A program made the position numbers and the translations under genes. A DNA stretch of 62,254 bases, the filler included, from Rhizaria sp. SCN 62-66 (taxonomy: Eukaryota), in assembly GCA_001724265.1 (NCBI GenBank). It is 7 parts of 7 records of this genome, joined end to end, with 100 filler letters (N's around TTAATTAATTAA, not from the genome) between each part and the next. Parts side by side here need not be neighbours in the genome. Positions count along the whole stretch, not along the records: positions 47,469 to 54,854 come from MEDY01000600.1; positions 54,955 to 62,254 come from MEDY01000601.1; 5 more parts are not named here. One strand, given 5' to 3'. Below, one piece after another: positions 47,596-59,070 of this stretch. Each line of letters begins with the position of its first letter. The stretch's first letter is position 1. A model generated the notes under the pieces. That model searched no databases and was not told the DNA's origin. It saw only the letters and a program-made list of their open reading frames with translations.

Positions 47596-48446
47596 AGCGT
47601 CTGTGTGTGTTCGGTGCGGCTGGAGGAGGGATAATGTGTGAATACGATGTCACGTCTTACTTTAGTTAGTCAAGAGCTCCTAGTCAAGAGCTCCTGCTTT
47701 GAGCTTTCTTTTTAGCCTGCCCTCACTCTCGTTATGATTGTAAGTGCTAGCGCTAGCGCGATATGAATTGCCTTTAATGGTTGTCGGCGTGTGTGTCTCA
47801 AATAGAACCTGCAGAATTCTTGATTCCGTGTTCTATACTTCAATATAATGGTCCATCCCACAACTACAACTCTCTGATCATTTGTGGTTGAAATAATGTT
47901 GTAGTGCCACCAAGAGATTGCTCATAAATTTGAAAACCCGGCCATGGTATTTTGTGAAATGCTCTGTTTTTTAACTGAATATTTTGTCATTGAGTCCAAA
48001 CAAGCTCAATCTTGGTCATAATACGTCGCAAACAAAAGGCCGCGATGCCCCTTCAGGGCGACGAGGCGCGACACAGCATGGAATCGACCAGAACGAGAAT
48101 GCCAGAACGAGAATGCAATGTCGGTGTTCCGCGAAAAAGCACATTCGGGTGCATAATCCTTGTGTTTCGGCAAGGAATTGGTTTTTTCGTATACTATCGA
48201 TATTAATTCAAATGGACTCAAAAGGCTGCGTGTGGCCAAGTCGATATATAGCTCATAAATCAGCTAAGAAAACGACAACTTCTCGGTGGAGAAACCTCGC
48301 ACTTCACATCATCCTTCTTATTCAAACCTACCGCACTAAAAGGCCTTGTATATGCAACTTTCATATGTCATAGTTTAAAACATGCATTATTATCTAACAT
48401 ATCTTGTTTTCATATATTTTTTTGCTGATTTTAACCTTGCTATAGG

Positions 48447-51400
48447 ATGTACACTTTCGTCGACAAGGCGAAAAGCGGTACTCCTCCACCCGCAACCGCC
48501 ACCGGCAACGACAGTGGCAGCAGCAACGACGCCGCTCCTGCCGGCAGTGAGCCGTCCCCGTCTCAGTCTTCTCCTGCGGCCTCGGCCGACGCCCCCGCTG
48601 ACTCCACAACCAGTGAGGGCGTTGCTGCCCAGCCCGCGCCCGCCGCCGCGAGCGCTGCTCCCGCAACATCAGAGAACAATATCAGCAACGGCGATGCCAA
48701 CGCGGTCGAGATGGTTCCCCTCCGTGATGCTGCTGCTGCGCCTGCGGCCGCGGCGACTGACGCTTCCGCCGCTGCCTCTGCGGTGGCAAACAACGGCGAC
48801 CTCCCGCAGCTCACCGTCGCGTACCACAACGCGACCTCGAGCGTCACCGTGTCCGCCACTAGCGCTGAGATCCAGACCCTCGCGTCCCCCTTCATCAAGC
48901 TCTTCAAGGGCGTCACTGGCCAGGGCATGGGCACGCACCAGCTCAGCCGCATTGAGGGCGCGTCCGGTCGCGTGAAGCCGGGCTCGATGGTCATGGTGCT
49001 CGCCCCGCCCGGCCACGGCAAGTCCTCGCTGCTGCGTCTCATGGCGCAACGCCTGCGTCCCGACGCAGACGACGACAACGTCTCCGGCCGTGCGCCGGGC
49101 GCCGCTGCGGGCGACGCTGGCGTGCGGTACAACGGCCTGACCGCCGCGCAGGCCGCTGCGGCCGGTTGCAACGTGCGCCGTCTGTGCGCGTTTGTCGACC
49201 AAGTCGATGAGCACCTTCCGCTGCTCACGGTCCGCGAGACACTCGAGTTCGCCAACAAGTGCACGTCAGCCAATCCATCCAAGGAGCGCATCGACAGCGT
49301 CATCTCGCTGCTCGGACTCGGCGAGTGCGAGAACACCATCCTGGGCAACGCGCTCATCCGCGGCGTGTCCGGCGGCCAGAAGCGCCGCGTGACCGTGGGC
49401 GAGATGCTCGTCGGCGACGCGCGCGCCGTGTTCCTCGACGAGTACACTAACGGTCTCGACACCGCGACCGCGGAGGACCTCACGCGCGGCCTTAAGGGGT
49501 GGGCGCGCGAAAACAACGCGACCGTCGTGTCCACCGTGCAGCAACCGACGCCCGGCCTGTTCGCAGAGTATGACGAGATCATCATTCTCAACAACGCGCA
49601 CGTCATGTACCACGGCCCGCGCGACGACGTTGTCCCGTTCTTTGCTTCGATGGGCTTCCAGTGCCCCGATGACGTCGACGTCTGCGACTTCGTCGTCGAC
49701 TGCGTGTCGCAGCCGCAGGTCGCGCTGCAGCGTCTCCAGCACGGCCAGCGGACGCGCGCGCGCGCCGCCGCCAAGGCCCGCTCTGCTGCCGGTGCTAGCG
49801 CTGCTGGCGTGAGCGCCGCCGGGACTGATGAGGAGATGCTGATGAGCACGAAGGGCCTGTTGACCGCGGCTGCTGCGCCATGTGTGACGCAGAGCATGAT
49901 GATTGCGCACTACAAGTCAAGTGTGTTCTACCGCGACATCATGAAGGACGTCAAGGTGTTCTTCCCCGGTGCTGTCGTGCCTACTGCAAGTGACAACAAG
50001 GCTGTCAACGTCAAGGCTAGCGACGACGCTGCCGTGGCTGATGCTTACGTCACCGACTTGTCAGTGGAGCCTCTCCTTCCCTCTGATGCTGCCAAGGCTA
50101 TGTACTCCACGGGCTACATCCTCGCGCTCTCCTCTCTTATGTCGCTGGTGCTGGTGCGTCAGGGTAAGATTATCGGCCGCAACAAGGGCCTCATCATGCC
50201 GCGTATCATGCAGTCCATTGTCATGGGCCTCATTTACGGTAGCTTGTACTGGAACATCGGTGCGAGTGAGTATTTCTTGCGCGTCGCAGTGATTCTTATT
50301 TGTATCGCCCAAGTTGCGTTTGCCAACATGGTTGAGTTGCCTGTGTCCGTTCAAACTGCGCGCATTATCTACCGTCAATGTGCAGGTGGTTTCTATCCAA
50401 CGCTGCTGTACGTCATCACGGCGTCAATTGTCGCGATTCCGCTGTTCATTACCGAGACCGTCATCCTGGTCTCTATTCTTTACTTTATGACCAGCTTCTA
50501 CGTGTCTGCGGCCAATTACTTTACCTTTTTTGCGATCTCCATTGTTGCGTCATTCAACATGGCTGTGTGGTTCCGCTTCCTCGCTTCCGCTGCGACCAAC
50601 GAGTCTGCCGCACAGTCCATCGCCGGCCCCAGTACTGGTATCTTCATGATTCTTGGTGGTTTCTTCATCACCATGAACTCGATGCCCGTCTGGCTGCGTT
50701 GGGCGATGTGGATCTCCCCGTTTAACTGGTCCGTGCGCGCGCTTGCCAACAATGAGTTCCTTTCTCCTCGTTACGATGAGATCACTGACTCAGGCCTGCG
50801 CCTCGGTGATGTGTACCTCAACATGCTTGACATGAAGATCGGCGTCGAATGGATTGGCTTCGCTGTGCTGTATCTCTTCGGCGTTTCTTTTCTCCTCATG
50901 ATTGGACACTCATTCCTGCTCAAGCGGCCGTACTACGAAGCTAGCATCGGCACACGCCGCGTTGAAGAAGCTGAGGTGCTTGAGACTGAGTTGGAGAGTG
51001 CGGCCGAAGATGCGATCCATAGCAAGGATGGCGCCAACCTTGACGCAGTTGATCTCCTGAATAGCGCCGTCGGAGCTCCTGATGCGGCGCCTGATGTCGC
51101 AGGCTTCTCGGGCGCTGACGCGGACGCCGCAGTGCTCGGCACTGCGAGCAACAGGCCTCGCTCTGGCAGCATCGGCTCAGCCCACGAGAGTATTTCCCAG
51201 CTCAGCGGTAGTCAATCTGATGTTCATGGCTCTGCGTTTGGCGCCACTGGCAGTAACCTCGGTGACGCGCTTAAGACGCTGTACACCGCCGTGCCGTTTA
51301 CCCCGATGTGGCTCTCGTTCAAGGACATCTGGTACACTGTCAAGGTGACCACGTCCACCGGGCAGGTCGTTGACCGGCCGCTGCTACAGGGTGTAAGCGG

Positions 51401-53474
51401 CTACGCCGAGCCTGGCAAGTTGACCGCGCTCATGGGCGCCTCCGGTGCCGGCAAGACAACTCTGCTCGATGTGCTTGCTGGCCGCAAGAACACCGGCGTC
51501 ATCGAAGGTGGTATCAAATTTAACGGTCGCGTTCCGTCCGCCGCTGACGTTGCGTATCACACCGGCTACGTCGAGCAGTTTGACTCGCTGTTCCCGTACG
51601 ACACTGTGCGTGAGACGCTGCTGTTCGCCGCGCGTCTGCGTCTGCCTCGGACTGTGAGCGAGGAGGACAAGGAAGCTATTGTTGCCGAGGTCATGGACAT
51701 TCTTGAGCTTACTCCGATCAGTGAGAATATCATTGGTAACGCGCTTATTCTCGGTCTATCGCCTTCGCAGCTCAAGCGTGTCAACATCGGCTGTGAGCTC
51801 GTTGCCAACCCCGCCATTCTCTTCCTCGACGAGCCTACCACCGGCCTCGATTCTCGTGCCGCGCAAACCGTCATGCGCGTTGTGCGCCGTATTGCGCGCT
51901 CCGGCCGCTCCGTCATCTGCACTATTCACCAGCCGTCCGCCGAGCTGTTCTATCTGTTCGACCGTCTTGTGCTGCTTGCGTCTGGTGGCCACCAGGTCTT
52001 CTTCGGCGGTCTGGGTGTTCGTAGCAAGTCCTTCATTCCTTACATTGAGAGCATTCCTGGTGCGACCAAGTGCCCGCCGCGCTACAACCCGTCGTCGTGG
52101 ATGCTCGAGGAGATGGGCGTCGGCCAGGCTAACGCCGCTGCCGCTGGGGCTGCAGGAAGTGCTGGTCGCTACGATGACTCGCGCGTGCTCATCGAGCGCT
52201 TTAAGTCCGCCTGGCTCGCTTCTGCGCAGCATGCGAAGGCCGTGGACCTTCTCACCAAGCTTGACAACATCGGTGCCGCTGCTGCTGCGCACGAGGCCGA
52301 CGCCTCTGCTTCTGGCGCTGCTGCTGCAGTGCACGATAACCACAACGCTGACGCCGACGCTGTTGTTGCTGCACCCTCCGCTGTTTCTGAGGCTTGTGCT
52401 GTTGCTGAAGCGGATGCTGTGCTTGCTGGCAGTCACTCCGGTGTTGAGCCCGACATTGTAGGCATTCCTAGCCACGGTCAGGCTGCTCACAAGGAGGGTA
52501 GGGGCCACAAAGACAGCCGTCGCGCGATGTCGGTCATCAGTACGGCCCAGACGTCGGTCATCGCCGCGCTGCCGACTGCGCACACAACGGTTGCTGCGAA
52601 GAACCCCCCGTCACTGCTGTACACGTTCCTGCAGGTGCAGGCGCGCATGATTCGTGGCTACTTCCGCAACCCTCCCGTGATGTTCACCCGCTGCATCGTC
52701 GTCTGCCTCATTTCGATCTTGTTCGGTCTGATCTACTTTAACCTCCAGCCTAAGACGCAGGGCAACGCTATCTCGCTCATTTCCGTTATTTCCATGGCTA
52801 CCATCTTCGGCTCCATCAATCACGCCGGCTCCTCGCTGCCGAACCTGGTGCAGAACCGCGTGGTGCTGTACCGTGAACTTTCCTCGGCCGTGTACCCGGC
52901 GTGGATGTGGGGCATCGCAGGCTTCGTCAACGAGTGCGTGTGGTGCATCTTTACCGCGTTCATCGTCCAGATCCCGATGTACTTCCTCGTTGGCCTCTCG
53001 CTGTCGCCGGCGATCTTCTTCCAACAGTATTTCGCCACCTACCTTCTCTGCTTGACCTACATCAGCATGTCTTGCTTCCTCTCAAGTGCCTGCCCCAACC
53101 TTGCCGTCGCCGGCGTATTCCAAGGCGTTTATTTCGGCTTGTTTAACAGCTTCAGCGGGGTTGCGGTGCCTTATCCGAGCGTTCCGCGTGGATGGGTCTG
53201 GATGTTTCGCATGCTTCCGACGTCTCACATCACCGAGGCGCTCGTTATGCCTCAGCTGGGCGACTGCTCGCCGCTGCCGCTGTGCGGACCTTTGATCGAG
53301 GTCGTTCAGGGAACGGAGACTAAGATGATGTATCTGGCTGAGTTTGGCAAGGAATATCTCGGCTTTAGCTTCGGAGGATGGGGGTCGTCGATTGGGTGGG
53401 TGATTCTGTACATTGTCGTCGTTCAAATCCTCGCCCTCATCGCGATCACGCGGATGAACTTCTCGCAGCGGTAA
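48447..53474 (+). CDS. Full-size ABCG / pleiotropic drug resistance (PDR)-type ABC transporter
   Basis: NBD-TMD-NBD-TMD order. NBD1 APPGHGKSS / VSGGQKRRV / FLDEYTNGLD; NBD2 GASGAGKTT / LSPSQLKRV / FLDEPTTGLD / CTIHQPS. Stop TAA. A splice acceptor-like TATAG lies just before the ATG, so an upstream exon is possible. Confidence 0.95.
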   Translation: MYTFVDKAKSGTPPPATATGNDSGSSNDAAPAGSEPSPSQSSPAASADAPADSTTSEGVAAQPAPAAASAAPATSENNISNGDANAVEMVPLRDAAAAPAAAATDASAAASAVANNGDLPQLTVAYHNATSSVTVSATSAEIQTLASPFIKLFKGVTGQGMGTHQLSRIEGASGRVKPGSMVMVLAPPGHGKSSLLRLMAQRLRPDADDDNVSGRAPGAAAGDAGVRYNGLTAAQAAAAGCNVRRLCAFVDQVDEHLPLLTVRETLEFANKCTSANPSKERIDSVISLLGLGECENTILGNALIRGVSGGQKRRVTVGEMLVGDARAVFLDEYTNGLDTATAEDLTRGLKGWARENNATVVSTVQQPTPGLFAEYDEIIILNNAHVMYHGPRDDVVPFFASMGFQCPDDVDVCDFVVDCVSQPQVALQRLQHGQRTRARAAAKARSAAGASAAGVSAAGTDEEMLMSTKGLLTAAAAPCVTQSMMIAHYKSSVFYRDIMKDVKVFFPGAVVPTASDNKAVNVKASDDAAVADAYVTDLSVEPLLPSDAAKAMYSTGYILALSSLMSLVLVRQGKIIGRNKGLIMPRIMQSIVMGLIYGSLYWNIGASEYFLRVAVILICIAQVAFANMVELPVSVQTARIIYRQCAGGFYPTLLYVITASIVAIPLFITETVILVSILYFMTSFYVSAANYFTFFAISIVASFNMAVWFRFLASAATNESAAQSIAGPSTGIFMILGGFFITMNSMPVWLRWAMWISPFNWSVRALANNEFLSPRYDEITDSGLRLGDVYLNMLDMKIGVEWIGFAVLYLFGVSFLLMIGHSFLLKRPYYEASIGTRRVEEAEVLETELESAAEDAIHSKDGANLDAVDLLNSAVGAPDAAPDVAGFSGADADAAVLGTASNRPRSGSIGSAHESISQLSGSQSDVHGSAFGATGSNLGDALKTLYTAVPFTPMWLSFKDIWYTVKVTTSTGQVVDRPLLQGVSGYAEPGKLTALMGASGAGKTTLLDVLAGRKNTGVIEGGIKFNGRVPSAADVAYHTGYVEQFDSLFPYDTVRETLLFAARLRLPRTVSEEDKEAIVAEVMDILELTPISENIIGNALILGLSPSQLKRVNIGCELVANPAILFLDEPTTGLDSRAAQTVMRVVRRIARSGRSVICTIHQPSAELFYLFDRLVLLASGGHQVFFGGLGVRSKSFIPYIESIPGATKCPPRYNPSSWMLEEMGVGQANAAAAGAAGSAGRYDDSRVLIERFKSAWLASAQHAKAVDLLTKLDNIGAAAAAHEADASASGAAAAVHDNHNADADAVVAAPSAVSEACAVAEADAVLAGSHSGVEPDIVGIPSHGQAAHKEGRGHKDSRRAMSVISTAQTSVIAALPTAHTTVAAKNPPSLLYTFLQVQARMIRGYFRNPPVMFTRCIVVCLISILFGLIYFNLQPKTQGNAISLISVISMATIFGSINHAGSSLPNLVQNRVVLYRELSSAVYPAWMWGIAGFVNECVWCIFTAFIVQIPMYFLVGLSLSPAIFFQQYFATYLLCLTYISMSCFLSSACPNLAVAGVFQGVYFGLFNSFSGVAVPYPSVPRGWVWMFRMLPTSHITEALVMPQLGDCSPLPLCGPLIEVVQGTETKMMYLAEFGKEYLGFSFGGWGSSIGWVILYIVVVQILALIAITRMNFSQR

Positions 53475-54757
53475 GCCGTCCACTCGTTTGTCGTTGTTGT
53501 TGGCGCCATTGCGGCAGCCTTTTTCCTCCGCGAACTGTGGGCGCTCCAGCGATGACGGCACGGCAGCCGCCAAACTTTAATGCTCTTGCTTGTGTCATGC
53601 ATTCATCTACACTATGAAGTGCACGGTTCTATTGTTTTGGGGTTTAGTCTGATGTTTGTTTACAACAGTGATTGCAGCTGTCTTCGCCGTCTTGTCCTTC
53701 AAGTCTAAAGTCTACTTTCCTTGATTTAGGTGATCTATCGAGTCAAACTAAGTGCTTGTGTAAGCGCCAACATGTGTGTTTGTGTGGATGCCTTTTTTCT
53801 ACGTGTTCGTCCGTTACATCGGAAGCTATCTCGTATGTTCGTTGTCAGTGGTGGTGTGTCTCTGTCTATGCAATCAAGCACGATCCAGAACGCAAGCTCT
53901 TCAGCAGTAGCGCAATGTGTGGGATGTCGTTATGGTGTTCGTAAGTGGCAAGTTTTTAACAAGTGTTGTAAATCTTACTTATCCACACTGTTCTCGCTTT
54001 CTATTGATACCCATAATAAGGTCGCACGCGCTATTCTCGGAGATGTGTTTAATTTTAAAAGTGTCTTTTGCATTTCAGCAACGAATGGCATTGTTGTGTT
54101 TATGTGCTCACTAATGGTGAGTGGCAAATGTCAAGTGTCCGTAATTTATTGTCCTGTGTCTTGTTCTCTTGTATATCTCTGTCTTGTGCACAAAGTAATG
54201 AAACGCGTGCACAAAACTTTGGTGTCAAGTTTTATTTTTTAGTGGTACTGTTTTCACTCATCGTACGATGGGTTCCAGATTGTGTTTCTGTAACCTCCCT
54301 TCACCATGTACATTGCAATAACGACTGCTTGGCTCGCAAACGCACATGCTCTTCTGTTCAGCTTGTGTTCACACGAAGCGTTGCTACTGTGATGTACACA
54401 GTATTAATCTTGTCATTATTACTCGCTGTTGTGTCATTTTGTTGTCTTTATTTGTTGTCTCCTTTACGGCCAACTAGTTCGTTGGTTTTAACTGTTCTGT
54501 GCTTCTTTTCTTGCTCTGTGCTTTTCTCTTCTTTTGAACCTTGCATACTGCCCTCTTGGCAGTCACCTTTGGGGATATGTGCGTTACTGGCTTGATTTGT
54601 GGAGATCATCAGCTATGTGCTTATGCTGCCGTTGTTTTGCGTCTCTGTAGACTTGCGAGACACGACAATTGTGACAATCAAAATGCTTACTCAATATTCA
54701 AAAGCGTCAACACTATCCCAGCTCTTGCACGATAAATACAAGATCATTTGCATCAGT

Positions 54758-54854
54758 TGTCACAACCGACATTCTGCATAAAACACCAAGTCTCACAGGC
54801 TCACACTGGGGCAAACACCACCCACGGTCGTTTCGGGGCGGGTATATAAAGGTG
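54758..54854 (+). repeat. Third, diverged copy of the TGT-terminated repeat at a contig end
   Basis: TGTCACAACCGACATTCTGCATAAAA (54758-54783) is identical to the reverse complement of 32188-32213. Weaker similarity continues (AGTC..CAG, TAAAGGTG). Confidence 0.7.
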
Positions 54855-56671
54855 NNNNNNNNNNNNNNNNNNNNNNNNNNNNNNNNNNNNNNNNNNNNTT
54901 AATTAATTAANNNNNNNNNNNNNNNNNNNNNNNNNNNNNNNNNNNNNNNNNNNNTTTTATTTGACGGAAGTTTGACAAAGTTGTATGGCTATTTCAAACT
55001 GCCCCTTCCAGGCGCGTTTTTGCGTTTTTCATAAACCTCTACATCAGGGGTACTAGTATAATGTATCATACAGATGTTCGTCAAAGGTCGCGGAAGTTTG
55101 TGAAACCTTGAATCGAAGGTGCAATTCACGAAATATACTAACGATTCTTTCTTAACTAGTAACCACTCATATGCATCGACTTCTGTGAGAACTTGTGAAG
55201 ACAAGTTTTTTTGAAGTGAATTTGACTTTGTATAGCTAATTATGGTGGTGTTATTACTTATTGTAGGTATACTGATTCAAATACAACTAAGACAAAGACT
55301 ATTATTATCGCAAATAACAACTACAATACGACAGCATACTTTCTCCGATGAGAATTAGATGACAAAAAAAATACGTAAATTATGATATAACTACTGTGGG
55401 GGTGAATACAAAACAAAAGAGATGTGTCTCGTCTCTTAAAACTCCTCCAATACTGAGCTCAGCGGTGACAGAAACACTAGAGCAACCAGCACAGGTACAT
55501 AGTCTGCAAATACAACTCAGAGCAGAGGCGAAACACGCAGTGCTTTGGCGTTAGAGCATAGGATCAGAAGCGGAAACCAACGGCAGTGAGGTTGGCATCT
55601 TGCGTTAGAGACTGAGAAATAGAGAGAGAGTGATGGGAGCAAACAACATTAACAACAAATCTGGCTATGATAGACAAAACTCGTGACTAAAAAGGCAACG
55701 AAGTACTGGCGGGCTAACGAGAGAGACTGATGACTTAAATTTACAACGATATCTGGTTGCATTTGAGCAACAGCACAGCAACACGAACGAGGCTGTGAGC
55801 AGCGACATGATAGTTAGAATAAAAGAAACAACATCGGTGTAGCGATCGAGTGGCGAAGAAAAAAAGAGTGAATGTTTAAGTATTTCCACGTATTTCCTTT
55901 GCTTTTGTCCAGCTGAACCTAATCATGTAGTTAAGCGAGATGAAACAATCACGTAAACACATTGTGTACCAGCTGTGCGGAAAAGACGAGAAAAAACGGA
56001 GTGAAAGCTATCTCGCGTCGGCGCGAGTCGCTAGCAAACTGGTTTTGTCCAGCTCTGCTTTACAACAGCTGATTTCTGGATACACAACGCAAGCAAAAGA
56101 TCGCGCGACTGTTGACGCATAAGTGATTGCGACGGTAAGAGTGAATACTCGTTATATCTCTCGCAATAACAGCGCCCAGAGTCATTACAATTCCGCTTGA
56201 AAACACGCAGTATTGGCAAGAACTCTGACGGAGACGAGCTTTCTTTCACAATCGCATTCGGTGAGACGTCAGTCGACAGCACACAATGTTACTACAGAGC
56301 GAAATGGTTGCATTACACACTTGAACCGACGGAATACCAATGCCAGGCATCAGTATGCGACTCAAAGCATGATACGATAGGCACTTAAGAGTACAGTACA
56401 GGATGCGATATTTACGCACTCAAGTCCTAGCAAAACACTTAAACTTGCCTTTGTTTGGCACATGACATCAATAGTGCGAATGTGCATTAAACTGACACAT
56501 TCACAACATGAAGTACAGACAAGAAAAGCAAAGGCCGGAGTCGAGTAAGGACTACTTGAACGTCGCGGCGACATACTCCTTACAAGTTGCGTTGTGCTCA
56601 ACACCGAGACCCTTAGACGTGGCGAACGCACTCCACTTCGATGGGAACCACTTAGATGCGAACTGGACCAC

Positions 56672-58039
56672 TTAGACAGGGATGGGCTGTGAGCTGGCAT
56701 CATTACCGCCCACTCCGCCACTCGGGCTATCGCCACCACTGTTGTTATTGGCATTGCCATTCCCACTGTCAGCGCCATCTTCGTCGTTATCATTCGCGAC
56801 GGCGACCGACACCGCGCCGCTCGCATACGTCGGCAGCGGCGGGACAGGGATATTCGGCACAGGCACCATCATCGGCGGCGGCGGCGGCGGCACAACAGGC
56901 AGCGCATACCCTCCGCCCATCGCAGCCGCATTGGCATCGAGCTCATCGCTGTAGCCGTTGTTGCCCGCGCCAGTGCCGTCGTCGTCGTCGTAGTATGAGA
57001 CGGGCCCCATCGGGGGCAGACCGGGGATCTGGCCGTTGGCGGGCGGGATATAACCACCAGACGCGAAATACAGCTTCGACTTGTACAGCACGTCAGCGAC
57101 GTCGGGCGCCTCGGCGAGTGCGTCGAGGAAAGGCAGAAGCTCGTACAACTGCCGGTCCTGAGGGTCGGAGAACCAGGTTGTGATGGGGATCGCGTAGTTG
57201 GGCTGGAACATGTACGACAACGGTGAGTTATCAATGATCGTCGTATCTTGCAGCCGGCGACCGAGCATGGTGAGGTCCTTGACGTAGCTGTCGTGATGAC
57301 GCACGCACGACTCACGGAACAGACGAGCATCGATCACACGCGTCTCGTCCAGCACATCAAGCAGTGGATCCGCGTATTTCGCCAAAGACGCGGTGAAGAT
57401 GACAACTTCCCAGCGCTTGGCCACGTGTTCCAGGAACTTATGTACGCCGGGACGTTTGCGGATATACACACGGTGCAGCGCGCCCGCGAGTTCGATCGTG
57501 ATCTCAAAGTCAGCGTCGGGGATGTACTTAAACGAGCTGTGCACAAGCGTCTCATCGAGGTCGAGTACGAGCGTCTTCTTACCCTTAAGCGCCTGCGTCA
57601 ACGGCGGAAGCAGGTAAGACCGACCGGGGACGCGGCCGTCGTCTGCGGCCGCGGCAGCAGCGGCGCCGCCAGGGGACGCGGGGGAGCGCGCGGGAACGTT
57701 AGTGCCGTGCGCGCCGGAGTTGTTGGTACTCGCGGGGGTGCCGGCGGCGGTGTAGACCTGGTTGCCGTAGGTGCCCGACGCACTCGAGGACTGCTTGTTA
57801 GCGGCCTGGCGACGGGGCTTCTCAGCGCGACAGCACGAGAAGAGGCGGGTGAAGCAGGATTGTGACGGGGGCGCGTCGGCCTCGGTGTCGATGGTCAGGG
57901 GACGCCCGGCGTTGCGGCCCTGCTGCTGCTGTTGTTGTTGTTGTTGTTGTGAGACGTAGGGCGGGGGCGCGCCGCCAGTGTTGTTGTCGGTCTGGTCAGA
58001 GCGCTTGACCTGGGTCACCAGGCTCTCGATTCCGGACAT
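56672..58039 (-). CDS. Small CTD phosphatase (CTDSP/SCP/Psr1-like, HAD/NIF domain)
   Basis: N-terminal SLVTQV and LFSCC motifs typical of SCP proteins; KKTLVLDLDETLVHSSF, KRPGV..FL, FTASLAKYADPLLD, RLFRESC, YVKDL, IIDNSP. Stop TAA. Confidence 0.95.
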   Translation of the reverse strand: MSGIESLVTQVKRSDQTDNNTGGAPPPYVSQQQQQQQQQQGRNAGRPLTIDTEADAPPSQSCFTRLFSCCRAEKPRRQAANKQSSSASGTYGNQVYTAAGTPASTNNSGAHGTNVPARSPASPGGAAAAAAADDGRVPGRSYLLPPLTQALKGKKTLVLDLDETLVHSSFKYIPDADFEITIELAGALHRVYIRKRPGVHKFLEHVAKRWEVVIFTASLAKYADPLLDVLDETRVIDARLFRESCVRHHDSYVKDLTMLGRRLQDTTIIDNSPLSYMFQPNYAIPITTWFSDPQDRQLYELLPFLDALAEAPDVADVLYKSKLYFASGGYIPPANGQIPGLPPMGPVSYYDDDDGTGAGNNGYSDELDANAAAMGGGYALPVVPPPPPPMMVPVPNIPVPPLPTYASGAVSVAVANDNDEDGADSGNGNANNNSGGDSPSGGVGGNDASSQPIPV

Positions 58040-59070
58040 AGAGAGGAGGCGCGGCGAGGAGGCAAAAAGCACGGCAAAACGGGCAGCCGAGGCGGGGTTG
58101 TTGCTGTGGTGCTGTTGTTAAACAGGCGCAAGCGCGGGAGATGTGAGTCGGGTCGCGTGTCGTTTAAAGCGAGCGAACGAGCGAAGCGCGGAGGGGTAGC
58201 CTGGGCGCTGGCGTGGGGGCGTGAGGGACCCGGGTAAAACGCGAGGCAACGGACGACGTGGTGGGAGAGTCTGGGCCGTTCAAGCGCGAGAGCGGTGTCT
58301 CTGTCGCAGCTCTGCCAGTTAAAAGGACACGGGGCTGGGGCGGGGCTGGGAGGGGAGAGGAGAAAAGGAAGGTGGATATGCCTGCTTTACCCGGTGCGGC
58401 TGTGATTCGGCCGCAAGGAAAAGAAATCGGAAAAGATGTGAATATATAAGGTTACTGTTGTGAGCGCCAAACTAACTACAGACGGGCAATATCCGGCTAG
58501 AGAGGGAAGGGTGACGAGGTGGGTGTGGGACTCATTCCAAACGTAAACCAAGGATGCTAGCAGTCCACACATGCGCCGCAGTGCTGCCGCAAAGTTCGCA
58601 CAAATCACACACAAACCATGCCTACATCATATTAAAATCATAACATATTCTGCGCTGCTTTTCATGCGCCACAAGGAGTGTTTCGTTTCCTCGTCCCTGC
58701 TCTCGCTTGGCCCTTAGTTTGGCCCAAGGACACGCTCTCCACAACCGATGGACCGAAAAAAGCTCTTTGTTCTGGGTGGTTGGTCGGTCGGCGGTTGGGC
58801 TCATCGCGACACAGAGGAAACATGTCCACTTCCATTGCGCATGCATTATCTCCGTTGTCTGATCGTCAACAGAGCTGTTGTTTTGATATGGTGTATATGC
58901 CCTCTTTTAAATGTCTGTATTCACTTGAAACCGTCTCATTTTGTGCATATATCGCGATAGACACCTCCCGCAAACTCTCCTTTCCGACCACTTGGTTTGC
59001 CTTATTCTAAGCAGTCCGTCCAAAGACCCTAACTCGCCTCACTGGCACGTGCAACGCTTCTAGACTCGAC

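Noticed and set aside
47667-47695. 14-bp tandem duplication TAGTCAAGAGCTCC in the RPL27A 3' region (similar short duplications near 31794 and 56647)
   Set aside because: Two copies only; ordinary slippage, not a CRISPR or other array.
53475-56670. Several 60-175 aa ORFs downstream of the ABCG and CTDSP genes
   Set aside because: T/G-rich or A-rich UTR-like and intergenic sequence without coding codon bias or motifs.
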